Assembly: GCA_049517415.1 (NCBI GenBank) | Contig: JBEKSC010000030.1 | Coordinates: forward strand, 1 to 28,097 | Source: Candidatus Bathyarchaeia archaeon | GTDB taxonomy: Archaea; Thermoproteota; Bathyarchaeia; 40CM-2-53-6 | Direction of reading: 5' to 3' | Length of the DNA stretch: 28,097 nucleotides | In this document: piece after piece, positions 9,156 to 18,876 of the stretch | Layout: every line of letters starts with the position of its first letter | Numbering within the stretch: position 1 is the stretch's first letter | The notes under the pieces: generated by a model | Databases searched by the model: none | Seen by the model: only the letters and a program-made list of their open reading frames with translations | Told to the model about the DNA's origin: nothing | Made by a program: the position numbers and the translations under genes

Positions 9156-10496
9156 TTGCAATCTGTTCTAATTGAAAACGGTAAGGTTCTGCGGTCGGGT
9201 CGCCTCGTCAAGGCGAGTATTGTTATCGAGAATGAAAGAATAAAATCCGTTGGCATCGCGGAATCCAAGCAGGTTGACAAGCGAATCGATGCGGGAGGTA
9301 ACCTCATCCTACCAGGCTTGGTGGACGGCCATGCTCATCTCCATGACCCTGCCTTCACGAATCGCGAGGACTTCACAACTGGTACCTCTGCCGCTGCAGC
9401 AGGGGGCGTGACGGCTGTAGTCGAGATGGTTCTTTCGACCCCTGTCGACACCCCGGAGCGTGTAAAAGCTAAAATCGAGCTGGGAAAAAGAAATTCATTG
9501 ATCGATTTCGCCCTCCACGCTGGGATGATGAACCTCAGCAACCTTCCTAACATAGCGGCAATCGCGGGTTTGGGTGTTCGATCATTCAAGACCTTCACAT
9601 GCAAACCTTACTACTCCGACGACCACACGCTCATGTCTCTGATGCGCGAGACCTCAATGCAAGATTCGATTCTGAACGTGCACGCTGAAGACGAGCAAAC
9701 GGCTAACGAAAACCTTGGCAGGCTTACTGCGGAGGGTAGAAAGGACCCTAGAGCACATAGTGAGTGGAAGCCCAATGTGGCCGAGGAGCGAGCGGTTAGG
9801 AAGGTTGTTGAATTCTCGCGGGCGCTGAAGGCCCGGCTCCACATTTCTCACATGTCCACTCGAGAGGGCGTCGAGATTGTTCGGAAAAATAAGCGCCTGC
9901 GGGTCAGATTGACTGCAGAAACCTGCCCCCATTACCTAACCTTCACGCGTAGAGATATGAAGAAACAGGGACCGTACTTGAAGATGAACCCGTCGCTGAA
10001 GGGTCCGAAAGATGTTCAGGCGCTTTGGGAGGGTCTTCGTGATGGAACCATTGACATAATCACTTCAGAACATGCGCCCGGGGAGCGCGTCGAGAAGGAA
10101 GTTGGATGGACCGATATCTGGAAGGCCTGGGGCGGCGTTCCAGCAATCGAAACCATGCTTCCTGTCCTGCTGAGTGAAGGAGTAAACAAAGACCGAATTA
10201 GCCTGACGACTATTCAGAGAATATGTTGCGAGAACCCGGCAAAAGTATTCGGCCTCTACCCTAGAAAGGGCGTAATCCAGAAAGGTGCTGACGCGGACCT
10301 GGTAATCGTTGACCTTAAGGCAAAACGGAAAGTTCGGGCCGAAGCTTTGCATTACAAGGTTGGATGGACTCCATATGAAGGCTGGACTTTGAAAGGGTGG
10401 CCTATCCTGACTGTGCGTCGAGGAGAGATATTATACGAGGACGAACAGGTGGTAGGTGAACCCGGCGTCGCAGATTTCCTACCCATGTCACTATAA
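9156..10496 (+). CDS. Cyclic amidohydrolase (allantoinase/dihydropyrimidinase/dihydroorotase family)
   Basis: 'PGLVDGHAH', 'AAAAGGVT', 'SFK', 'HAED', 'HISHMS', 'ETCPHYL', 'KMNP', 'SEHAP'. Confidence 0.9.
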   Translation: MQSVLIENGKVLRSGRLVKASIVIENERIKSVGIAESKQVDKRIDAGGNLILPGLVDGHAHLHDPAFTNREDFTTGTSAAAAGGVTAVVEMVLSTPVDTPERVKAKIELGKRNSLIDFALHAGMMNLSNLPNIAAIAGLGVRSFKTFTCKPYYSDDHTLMSLMRETSMQDSILNVHAEDEQTANENLGRLTAEGRKDPRAHSEWKPNVAEERAVRKVVEFSRALKARLHISHMSTREGVEIVRKNKRLRVRLTAETCPHYLTFTRRDMKKQGPYLKMNPSLKGPKDVQALWEGLRDGTIDIITSEHAPGERVEKEVGWTDIWKAWGGVPAIETMLPVLLSEGVNKDRISLTTIQRICCENPAKVFGLYPRKGVIQKGADADLVIVDLKAKRKVRAEALHYKVGWTPYEGWTLKGWPILTVRRGEILYEDEQVVGEPGVADFLPMSL

Positions 10497-10511
10497 ACTG
10501 GTCGAACTCCG

Positions 10512-11090
10512 ATGCTTTCACTCATTGTTCTGGCAGCAGGCAAATCCAGTCGGATGCATGGTAGAAATAAGCTACTGATCAAGGTTGAAGGCCAACCGAT
10601 GATCCGCGGAGTGGTTGAAGCAGGACTCAAGTCCAAGGCGGATGAAATGATCGTAATCCTCGGCTGGGAAGCCGAAAAAATCAAGAAAGCTCTCGAGGAC
10701 CTCCCCTGCAGATTCGTAGTGAACAAAGACTACGAGAAGGGACAGAGCAGCTCCGTGAAGGCGGGACTCAAAGAAGTTGGCGAAACGACGCAAGCTATAC
10801 TCATTCTACCGGGCGATGTAGCCAAGATAGATGCAAATTCAATCAATCTAGTCATCGACGAATATGCTCGTCGAAAGGGAACAATAATCGTGGCAGCCCA
10901 CGAAAGTAAGCCGGGACATCCGATTCTGCTTGATAGGCAGCTCTTCAACGAAGTCGAACAGATCGACGAGCAGTCGTTCGGGTTGAAAGCAGTGGTTAAG
11001 AAACATGAAGGGACAGTGCGATTCGTTGAGACCGGTTCTTCCAATGTTCTGCGAGATGTCGACACGCCGAAAGACTTGAAGGAACTCTGA
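10512..11090 (+). CDS. mocA: MocA-like molybdenum cofactor cytidylyltransferase / NTP transferase
   Basis: 'LAAGKSSRM..NKLL', 'GQSSSVKAG', 'GHPIL', 'DVDTPKDL'. Confidence 0.8.
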   Translation: MLSLIVLAAGKSSRMHGRNKLLIKVEGQPMIRGVVEAGLKSKADEMIVILGWEAEKIKKALEDLPCRFVVNKDYEKGQSSSVKAGLKEVGETTQAILILPGDVAKIDANSINLVIDEYARRKGTIIVAAHESKPGHPILLDRQLFNEVEQIDEQSFGLKAVVKKHEGTVRFVETGSSNVLRDVDTPKDLKEL

Positions 11091-11338
11091 CGGGTGAAGA
11101 CGACTCTATTCCTCGACCCCGTATCAACCTTCTTGATCTACAACGACGAAGTATGGTTGCGCAATTTCTACACGCTATATCGGGCAATGTGAGGATACAC
11201 AACGTGAACGGAGTATTTTTTCATTTCAAGAAAATATCACAAAGGAATCAGTTGCTATAACGGTTTAGTTCAACGATAAAATGTTAGACATTTGCCGACC
11301 CGACACTAGCGTGTGTCTTGAGATTGCTATTTCATAGG

Positions 11339-11882
11339 TTACGTTGTCCTTGGTGACTCATCGTGTCCGGGGTGTTGTCCCTGCTCAAACATCTTCATTG
11401 CTTTTTGGCGTTTCCGTTCCATTTCCTCTGGGGACATTTGGATGCGCATTGATAGCGACCATGCGTAGCCGAACGGGTCGGTCAGCTGGCCGTAGCGTTC
11501 GCCCCAAAACATGTCATCAAGCCGCATATCGACTCGCACCAGCCTCAACTGCCCTCCTCCAAAGAGCGTCCACATCCTTCGAGTAGATGTGAAGCGTCAC
11601 CGATGAAGCTCCAAGTTCGCGTGGATCCTTGTGTAGTGCGCCTGGGAATATATCGGAGAGCATGATGATTGAGTCACCAATTTGAATCCGCCCATGGATC
11701 AGCTTTCCGCCAGGACCCTGCTCCCGGGCCAACTCCTTCGCGTCATAAGCCTTCTTGTATCACTCAATCGCCTCCGCAGCCCCATTGATCGCAAGGTAAG
11801 GCGTAACCGTGTGAAACTCCTTCGGAACTGAGTTAAACTTCCTCAATTTCGACCCCCGTTTCTTGGATGGCTTCTTAGGCAT
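11339..11882 (-). pseudogene. VOC/PhnB-like glyoxalase family pseudogene
   Basis: ATG at 11882 gives '...FHTVTPYLAINGAAEAIE*YKKAY' (TGA at 11760-11762). A frameshift near 11534 joins 'VEAGA' to 'VDMRLDDMFWGERYGQLTDPFG'. Confidence 0.88.
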
Positions 11883-12003
11883 CAGCTAACCTCGGCTTTC
11901 AGAACATTTCAGTTCTACACGATATAAGCTCAGTAGGGAAACGCCTGACTCGGTAGGCATATTACAGTCAAACCAATGCTCACGTCTGCGAGCCGTTCGA
12001 AAT

Positions 12004-12687
12004 ATGCAGTGCCCATCCTGTGGGAATACGGTCCCGGATAATGTGAAGTTCTGCACCAGTTGCGGTAAGCAATTGGACACCGCCAAAACACTGGCCTCCG
12101 GAAGTGCTACGTCTAGTTCAGTTTTTTCGGGTAGGGCGTACATAATTGAACAGAAGCTTGTGGCGCTAAGAGATACGTTCGGCATCAAGGATAGAAACGG
12201 TAACCTTCTCGCTTACGTGAAAAAGAAAATTGTGAGCTGGGGGCCACAGTTCTACTTTGAAACGCCGGACGGCGGTAGGTTGGGTGAGATGCGAGGAAAG
12301 GTGCTCACTGTGCGGCCGACGTTTGAAATTTATGATGCACAAGACCTCGTCGCGGTTGTGAAGAAGAAAATTCTCAAACTGTTAGGCTCAGAGTGGTGGC
12401 TTGAGGATGGTTCGGGGGCGGAGGTTGCGCGAATCAAGGGGAACATAAGTGAACATAATTTCTCAATTCAATCCCCCTCTGGGGCAGAGATCGCCCAAAT
12501 CAACAAGAAGTGGGTCAGCGTTCGGGATTCATACGGCATCGAAATTCTAAGCGAAGAACTCACGCCGTACGTCATCATAGCTTACGCTATTGCGATGGAC
12601 CACGCCGAATTCAAAGCCGGGAGAGGATTTGCAGTGGGATTGGCTGGGATTGGCGCTATGACGGATGATTTTAAACCTCAATTTTGA
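12004..12687 (+). CDS. Zinc-ribbon plus LURP-one/scramblase (Tubby-C-like) domain protein
   Basis: N-terminal 'CPSCG...FCTSCG'. 'IEQKLVALRDTFGIKD' and 'IAQINKKWVSVRDSYGIEI' are LURP-one-like. Confidence 0.82.
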   Translation: MQCPSCGNTVPDNVKFCTSCGKQLDTAKTLASGSATSSSVFSGRAYIIEQKLVALRDTFGIKDRNGNLLAYVKKKIVSWGPQFYFETPDGGRLGEMRGKVLTVRPTFEIYDAQDLVAVVKKKILKLLGSEWWLEDGSGAEVARIKGNISEHNFSIQSPSGAEIAQINKKWVSVRDSYGIEILSEELTPYVIIAYAIAMDHAEFKAGRGFAVGLAGIGAMTDDFKPQF

Positions 12688-12699
12688 AGGCTGAATTCC

Positions 12700-13569
12700 T
12701 CATTTGTTCTCCGTCCAGTCGTAGAATCCCCGCCCGGTCTTCCTTCCGAGCAGGTTTGCTCGTACCATCTGTTTGAGTAGGCTGCTGGGCCGAAACTTCG
12801 GGTCGCCAGTTTCGTTCACCATAACATCTGCAATGAAGAGCGTTGTATCGATGCCGATGTAGTCGAGTAATTTCAATGGGCCTATAGGCCAATTTAGACC
12901 GAGTACGCATGCCTTGTCAATATCCTCCGGCTCGGCAACGCCTTCGGCTACGAGGAAAGCCGCCTCGTTAAGGGCAGGGATAAGGATGCGGTTTACAATG
13001 AACCCTGGCGTGTCTTTCTTAACAACAACTGGTTCCTTACCCAGCTTTGCAGTCACCTGTTTGATAGTCTCCACGGTCTCGTTTGATGTCTTCAAACCGC
13101 GTACGATCTCAATGAGCTTCATGAGTTGGGGTGGGTTGAAGAAGTGCATACCGCAAACTTTCTCAGGCCTCTTCGTCGCGGCCCCTATCTCAGTAATGCT
13201 GATTGAAGACGTATTTGAAGCGATTATTGCGTGAGCTGGCGCGTACTTGTCAACTTCAGCTAAGACCTGCTTCTTGAGCGGAGGGTTCTCGGTTACGGCT
13301 TCAATGACTAGGTCCGCGTTTTGTACAGCTTCTTTCAGGTCGAGCGTTGGGTGAATTCGATTCAGGATTTCTTTGGATTCATTCTCGCTCATTATTCCCT
13401 TTTTGACAAATCGTTGGAGGCTGTCTCGAACCATTTTCATTCCGTTGTCGATAAATCGTTGCTCAATATCTCTCATGGCAACATCAAATTTGCCGGTCTG
13501 TGCACAAACTTGTGCGATACCGTGCCCCATGAGGCCAGCGCCTAACACTCCTACACGCTTTACTTCCAT
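12700..13569 (-). CDS. 3-hydroxyacyl-CoA (3-hydroxybutyryl-CoA) dehydrogenase
   Basis: 'GAGLMGHGIAQ', 'IEAVTE', 'SNTSS', 'GMHFFNP', 'PGFIVNR', 'GRKTGRGFY'. ATG at 13569. Confidence 0.93.
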   Translation of the reverse strand: MEVKRVGVLGAGLMGHGIAQVCAQTGKFDVAMRDIEQRFIDNGMKMVRDSLQRFVKKGIMSENESKEILNRIHPTLDLKEAVQNADLVIEAVTENPPLKKQVLAEVDKYAPAHAIIASNTSSISITEIGAATKRPEKVCGMHFFNPPQLMKLIEIVRGLKTSNETVETIKQVTAKLGKEPVVVKKDTPGFIVNRILIPALNEAAFLVAEGVAEPEDIDKACVLGLNWPIGPLKLLDYIGIDTTLFIADVMVNETGDPKFRPSSLLKQMVRANLLGRKTGRGFYDWTENK

Positions 13570-13734
13570 TCCGATCACAACCAATAATCCAAGCAGGAAC
13601 CAAGATATGCTTTCCCATATGCGAAGCCTCTTAGATATTCGAATCACTTTTCAGAATAAGCGCAACATCTTGAGTTGGAATTCTAGACTAGTCGACTAAC
13701 GGGAACGTGCAGAATTGACTGCGGATTATGGTAA

Positions 13735-14457
13735 CTAGCTTGTAGTTCTCTGTCCTCTCCGCCTTCGGTATTTCAGAATCATTAACGCTGCTAGCCCAGC
13801 CACTAAGCCGCCTGCAATCGATTCGACTGGAAAACCTGGAATGCTCGTTGACGGCGTAGTTGCGCTCGTGAATGTGCTTGTTGGAGTAATTGTACTGAGC
13901 AATTCTTGGGTTGACGTATAACTCCCAGCTGATAGGTAACCCACCATGAATCCGTCCGCATCTCTAGTATTGGAAAAGTTTACGAGAACAAGGTCCCATC
14001 TCCCAGAGCTTGGGAGAGCTACATCGAAACTATACGCCATCGTGCCTAGTTGACTCGTGATTGCATCTGCCACATTCCCACAACTTCCTACTTTCAACCA
14101 ACTTTGGTAGCTAGTATCTTGTATGACATAGAAGTCAAGCGCGATGTCTGATGTGAAATTGCCAGCAACATACTGTCCTTGATTGCCCGTGAAATTGAAA
14201 TTCCAAAACTCACAGTGCAAATTTGTCCCCGTTGTAGAGACTACCTTGAAGGGACTGTTGATCAGTTGTTGATGTTGTGCCAGAGATGTAATAACACTGC
14301 TACCAACTGTAATCGTTCTTACCTGATTTACCTGGGATGCGAACGTGACGTAATTCGCACTGCCGACAGTTGCCAGCAATGATGGAATACATACGATCAA
14401 GATGGCGACTGCGTATCGTGCCTTCAAGAAACACACGTTGAACCGAACTGTCAGCAT
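13735..14457 (-). CDS. Cell-surface protein with PGF-type C-terminal sorting signal
   Basis: N-terminal signal-like segment, S/T-rich linker, then 'IPGFPVESI' + TM helix + 'RRRR'. Confidence 0.75.
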   Translation of the reverse strand: MLTVRFNVCFLKARYAVAILIVCIPSLLATVGSANYVTFASQVNQVRTITVGSSVITSLAQHQQLINSPFKVVSTTGTNLHCEFWNFNFTGNQGQYVAGNFTSDIALDFYVIQDTSYQSWLKVGSCGNVADAITSQLGTMAYSFDVALPSSGRWDLVLVNFSNTRDADGFMVGYLSAGSYTSTQELLSTITPTSTFTSATTPSTSIPGFPVESIAGGLVAGLAALMILKYRRRRGQRTTS

Positions 14458-14583
14458 CTACCCCTAAAACAGTTTGCTTGACATTGCGAACGAACTTGCG
14501 GCACGCATCGAGAATATCACGATAGCAGTTAAGGCTTAAGCGCAAGCCAGTTTGGGCTTTTCTTGTCGGCCTAGAACAGCGGG

Positions 14584-15933
14584 CTAGTTGAGTTGCGCAG
14601 CTACTTCTTTCACAGCGCCCTCGAATATTTCCAGACCGGCGTCAATTGTTTCATGTGTTATGATGAGAGGGGGAGCGAATCGCATCGTTGACCTACCGGC
14701 GGTGATGATTGCTAGGCCACGTTTGAAGCATTTGTTCATGATATCCAAAGTTTCTTGAGCGGCCGGTTCCTTCGTTCCCTTATCCTTAACGAGTTCTACT
14801 CCGACCATGAGCCCTTTGCCCCGGACATCGCCTATGATCGAGTATTTCTGCTGCATCTCTTTCAGGCGTTTCATCAGATATGCACCTTGGCGGGTTGCAT
14901 TTTCGAGGAGTTTCTCCTCCTTTATGATATCAATTACTTGGAGCCCAGCCGCGCAGGCTATGGGGTTTCCGCCAAAGGTGTTGGCATGCGAGCCCCCGTC
15001 CCAGTCCATTATTTCCTCTTTGGCGATGGTTGCCCCTATTGGTAGACCTGATGCGAGCGCCTTAGCTGATGTCACGACATCGGGCGTGATTCCCCAATGC
15101 TCGATGGCGAACCATTTTCCTGTCCGTCCCATTCCTGACTGGATTTCATCATCGACTAGAAGAATGTCGTATTTGTCGAGGATTTTCTTGAGGCGCTGGA
15201 AGTAGTCGTCAGGTGGGACGACGTACCCTCCTTCGCCTTGGATGGATTCGATGAACATAGCGGCGGTGTCTTCGGGGGGATGAAACTTCTTCAGCACCTC
15301 CTCTTCAATGAAGTCGACACACCACATATCACATTCAGGATAAGTGAGCCCGAAGGGACACCGGTAGCAGTACGGGTACGGAACATGTGTAACTTCCTGC
15401 CCCAGCGGGAAGAAGTGCCGCCTCTGTCCCGGTTTGCTCGCAGTCAGGCTCATTGTTCCGAAGGATCGGCCATGGAATGACCCCGTGTAGGCCAAGAAGA
15501 GTTGTTTCCGAGTATGCCACCGCGTCATCTTCATCGCGGCCTCGTTCGCTTCGGCACCGCTATTCGAGAAGAAAACCTTCTTTCGGAACATTCCTGGCGT
15601 AATCTTGGTAAGTTGTTCGCCGAGGTCAACGATTGGTTTGTAGTAAAAATCGGTCCATGAATAATGGATTAGCTTCTCAGCTTGTTCCTTGATCGCCTTG
15701 ACAACGCGCGGATGGCAATGGCCGACATTGAGGACCACTAAACCGGAATTGAAGTCTACAAATTCATTCCCGTCCACGTCCTTAACGTAGCATCCGGCCC
15801 CCGATTCTGCGACAAGAGGATACCACCTAACAACTGAATGCGATAGAATGTTCGTGTCCCTTTCGAGAAGTTCGCGTGCCTTCGGCCCAGGTGGTGTGAC
15901 TACAATCCTCGGTTTCTCGGCTTTAACTACCAA
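14584..15933 (-). CDS. Class III PLP aminotransferase (GabT/ornithine aminotransferase family)
   Basis: 'NSGAEANE', 'FHGRS', 'IQGEGG', 'DEIQSGMGRTG', 'AKALASG', 'NTFGGNP'. Confidence 0.93.
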   Translation of the reverse strand: MVVKAEKPRIVVTPPGPKARELLERDTNILSHSVVRWYPLVAESGAGCYVKDVDGNEFVDFNSGLVVLNVGHCHPRVVKAIKEQAEKLIHYSWTDFYYKPIVDLGEQLTKITPGMFRKKVFFSNSGAEANEAAMKMTRWHTRKQLFLAYTGSFHGRSFGTMSLTASKPGQRRHFFPLGQEVTHVPYPYCYRCPFGLTYPECDMWCVDFIEEEVLKKFHPPEDTAAMFIESIQGEGGYVVPPDDYFQRLKKILDKYDILLVDDEIQSGMGRTGKWFAIEHWGITPDVVTSAKALASGLPIGATIAKEEIMDWDGGSHANTFGGNPIACAAGLQVIDIIKEEKLLENATRQGAYLMKRLKEMQQKYSIIGDVRGKGLMVGVELVKDKGTKEPAAQETLDIMNKCFKRGLAIITAGRSTMRFAPPLIITHETIDAGLEIFEGAVKEVAAQLN

Positions 15934-16012
15934 GGTCGTTTCCTCAAACAGAAGGCCGCTTGGCCTGAGAATTGTAAAAGGCTTCCGTTCATGAGCCGCA
16001 ACTGCAACTTAA

Positions 16013-16600
16013 CTAGTACAGGTGGCAGGCAACATAGTGTCCGGGTTCATACTCCAGTACCCGCGGCACCTCAACTGAACACTTGCCGAAAACGCGCGGG
16101 CATCTTGGATGGAAGACGCAACCGGTGGGGGGGTTCAAGGCGCTGGGAATCTCTCCGGAAGGTATCTTCTTCACCGATCTCTTTTTCGGATCAGGGATCG
16201 GGACGGCTGCTAGCAACGCCTGCGTGTAAGGGTGTAGAGGGTTTCTGAATAGGTCCTCGGTTCTAGCGTACTCCATGATCTTTCCAAGGTACATTACCGC
16301 TATCTTATTACACATGTATTTTGCTACGGCAAGGTCGTGCGTTATGAGTAGAATAGTGAGGTTCAGTTCTCTCTGCATGGTTAGAAGCAGGTCCATGATT
16401 TGTGCTCTGACGGACACGTCAACCATTGCCACGGGCTCATCGGCGACGAGATATTCCGGACCGATCGAAAGCGCTCTTGCAATTACAACTCTTTGTCTCT
16501 GCCCGCCGCTAAGTTGATGGGGATAGCGAAAGTAGAACGAGTCGGCAGGCGAGAGGCCGACGCGCTCGAGAAGTTCTGATACATGTTCCCGAGATTTTTT
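16013..16600 (-). pseudogene. C-terminal fragment of an oligopeptide ABC ATPase (OppF/DppF-like)
   Basis: Has 'YPHQLSGGQRQR', Walker B 'VADEP', 'ITHDL' and the Cys-rich tail. No Walker A or N-terminal half, and no other ABC subunits nearby. Confidence 0.8.
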
Positions 16601-16688
16601 TGAATGAGCGACGCTTCCTTTATGGGGCTTACTCAAGTGCGCAAACCTCACAGTTACGGCCATGCGAACAAATGATTGTTCTACAGCC

Positions 16689-17321
16689 TTAGATGTAGAG
16701 CCCTAGTAATATGGCAACGCCAAATCCAATTATCACGAAATTTCCGACCATGAATGTTGTCAATTGTAGTTTTGCGGAAATATGCTTGTGCACTACGCCG
16801 CTGATCGATGCTAAGAAACTCTGCCAAGAGAACGAGGCAATGAAAGCTCCGGAGATGAAGAGGATTACGTTTGCAGATGATGAGGAAAAGCCATGCATTC
16901 CTAGGATTAGAGTTGTGAAGTATGTTACGGTTACGGGGTTCAGAAGTGTTAACCCAAGGAACATTGCGTAGGTCTGTGGGCAACTCGTGGTTCTGAGCCT
17001 GGGTTTGTGTGTTCGATCTGAGCGATTTCTTCCGTGATATAGCAACCATGCGCCCAGTGTGATCAACGCTGCTGCGCTTCCGGCGCGTAGGATAGGCGCG
17101 AAAGGTTGGAGAAGTGAGGCCAGTAGTGTACCCGCGAGAGCTGCAACCGATGCATAGATCAGGTCCGCTGATGCAGCGCCAGCCCCGGCGCTTAAGGCAA
17201 CCCTGAAACCTCGACGGAGGCCTAGCTCAAGGATTAGAATAGCAATTGGGCCCACTGGAATCGCAATTCCATACCCTGCTAAAACGCCACTCAGAAACGC
17301 ATCAAAAGAAGAGGTGACCAT
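16689..17321 (-). CDS. LysE family translocator
   Basis: 'IAIPVGPIAIL..GLRRG..G.GAASADLIY' and 'LTLLNPVT'. Confidence 0.9.
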   Translation of the reverse strand: MVTSSFDAFLSGVLAGYGIAIPVGPIAILILELGLRRGFRVALSAGAGAASADLIYASVAALAGTLLASLLQPFAPILRAGSAAALITLGAWLLYHGRNRSDRTHKPRLRTTSCPQTYAMFLGLTLLNPVTVTYFTTLILGMHGFSSSSANVILFISGAFIASFSWQSFLASISGVVHKHISAKLQLTTFMVGNFVIIGFGVAILLGLYI

Positions 17322-17424
17322 TGACTGTGCCCAGGAGCAATGAAAGGACTAATCGGAGATCGTATGCATTTCTCTAAGCCTGCGCCAATGATGCGGGGAA
17401 ATGAATTTGAATCAGGTAGATTAC

Positions 17425-17745
17425 TCATTCCGCTTGGACGGTTTCTTCCTCTTCGTAATCTTCTTCGTTTTCGCGGGTGAGGGTTATCTCTATTGTTGAG
17501 ATGTTTCCTCTAGTGCCATCAAAGCGAGTGACATCTTCCGAACCCAAGTTTATGCTAATAATTTGAGCATCCTTGAGGAAACTGCGCTTAAGCATTTGCA
17601 CCGTATCGATAGCTTTCTCTATCGCCTGCCCCCTCGCCCTAACCATAACTTCCCCATTTCCTGAATTGAAGAGGGTAACGCATGCGGTTACGTAGTTCAT
17701 GATGGGTTTCTTTCCGATTCGGACAAGGTTTGATTGTTCACTCAT
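17425..17745 (-). CDS. albA: DNA/RNA-binding protein Alba with acidic tail
   Basis: 'IGKKPIMNYV', 'ARGQAIEKAID', 'ISTIEITL'. Confidence 0.93.
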   Translation of the reverse strand: MSEQSNLVRIGKKPIMNYVTACVTLFNSGNGEVMVRARGQAIEKAIDTVQMLKRSFLKDAQIISINLGSEDVTRFDGTRGNISTIEITLTRENEEDYEEEETVQAE

Positions 17746-17877
17746 ATTCTTACCATGGTTTTGTTCTGTTGGGCTAACTGTAAGGAAGTTAAGCGTTCAG
17801 GGATTTTGTAATGGTAAGTTCTTCCATCAATTATTCGAGATTTAAACGTACTTCCGTACTTCATTCGTTCTGAGCAT

Positions 17878-18876
17878 TTAGCCGCCTATTGTGTGCATGG
17901 GCCTAACGTGTTCAAGTTTATCAAACTTCTTCAGTAGCGTTTCCACGCCGGTCGCCTTTCGGGATATAGAGTCGCGCATGAAATCTAAAATTGCGTCGTC
18001 GGAGCCCCCGTTTCTGAGTAAAGGCCTGAGGTCGAAGCCCGTCTTGTCGAAAAGGCATGGAACAATTTTCCCGTCCGCTGAGAGCCGTATTCTATCGCAG
18101 TCTGAGCAAAACGGTTCAGTTATCGAGGTAATCACTCCAATCTCGCCTAGGCCATCTTTGAACCGGTAGATTTTCGCCGTGCTCCCAGGTTCCCTCGTCA
18201 CGGGTTCAAGTTGGTACTGCTCTTGAATGGTTTGGATAATCTCTCTTCCGCTCACTACCTTCTTCATTCCCCAAAGGCGTTGCCCGTCGAAGGGCATGTA
18301 TTCGATAAAGCGAACTGTAATCTCGCCGGCCATTGCCAAACCAGCTAAGTCGCCTATCTCGTCTTCATTGCAACCTCGGATGATTACTGCGTTAATTTTG
18401 AGTGGCTGGAACCCGTTCTCCTTCGCCGCCTTGATGCCTTCTACGACTTTGTGGAAAACTCCGCCGCCTGTTATTTCGCTGAATCGTTCGGGTTTGAGGC
18501 TGTGTAGGCTTACGGTTATGCTTTGCAGTCCAGCCTTTCTTAGGGCCTTGGCCTTTTCGGCGAGAAGGAATCCGTTTGTGGTCATGCTCAGCGAGCTGAT
18601 TCCTGGGACGTGTGCCAGCATTTCAACGAGCTTTTCTATATCCCTACGCATCAGCGGCTCCCCTCCGCTTAGGCGGATCTTTTTCACTCCTAGTTTTGCG
18701 AAGAGTGAGACAACTCGCTCGATTTCCTCGTAGCTGAGTATCTCATTCCTGGGCAGCCACACTGGGGTTTTGGGCATGCAGAACTGGCAGCGGAAGTTGC
18801 ATCGGTCCGTAACTGATATGCGGAGCTTGCGCGCAATGCGCCCAAAAGAGTCTGTTAGGGGAATCACGTAACCCAC
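17878..18876 (-). CDS. moaA: GTP 3',8-cyclase (radical SAM)
   Basis: 'LRISVTDRCNFRCQFCMP', 'GGEP', 'FCSDCDRIRL...PCLF', C-terminal 'MHTIGG'. Confidence 0.96.
   Translation of the reverse strand: MGYVIPLTDSFGRIARKLRISVTDRCNFRCQFCMPKTPVWLPRNEILSYEEIERVVSLFAKLGVKKIRLSGGEPLMRRDIEKLVEMLAHVPGISSLSMTTNGFLLAEKAKALRKAGLQSITVSLHSLKPERFSEITGGGVFHKVVEGIKAAKENGFQPLKINAVIIRGCNEDEIGDLAGLAMAGEITVRFIEYMPFDGQRLWGMKKVVSGREIIQTIQEQYQLEPVTREPGSTAKIYRFKDGLGEIGVITSITEPFCSDCDRIRLSADGKIVPCLFDKTGFDLRPLLRNGGSDDAILDFMRDSISRKATGVETLLKKFDKLEHVRPMHTIGG

Noticed and set aside
11091..11338. AT-richer 250-nt gap between convergent mocA and VOC genes as a possible ncRNA or gene relic
   Set aside because: Only short stop-interrupted frames and no convincing structure or motif.
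3375..11762. Two in-frame TGA codons as evidence of stop-codon recoding or selenocysteine
   Set aside because: They appear to replace different residues (Gly and Trp), neither at a Cys position. The VOC gene also has a frameshift, and many intact genes here end in TGA.
18227..18733. Long antisense ORFs (e.g. 18227..18733, 14807..15205, 1766..2116)
   Set aside because: These are shadows of well-supported genes on the opposite strand with no independent motifs.
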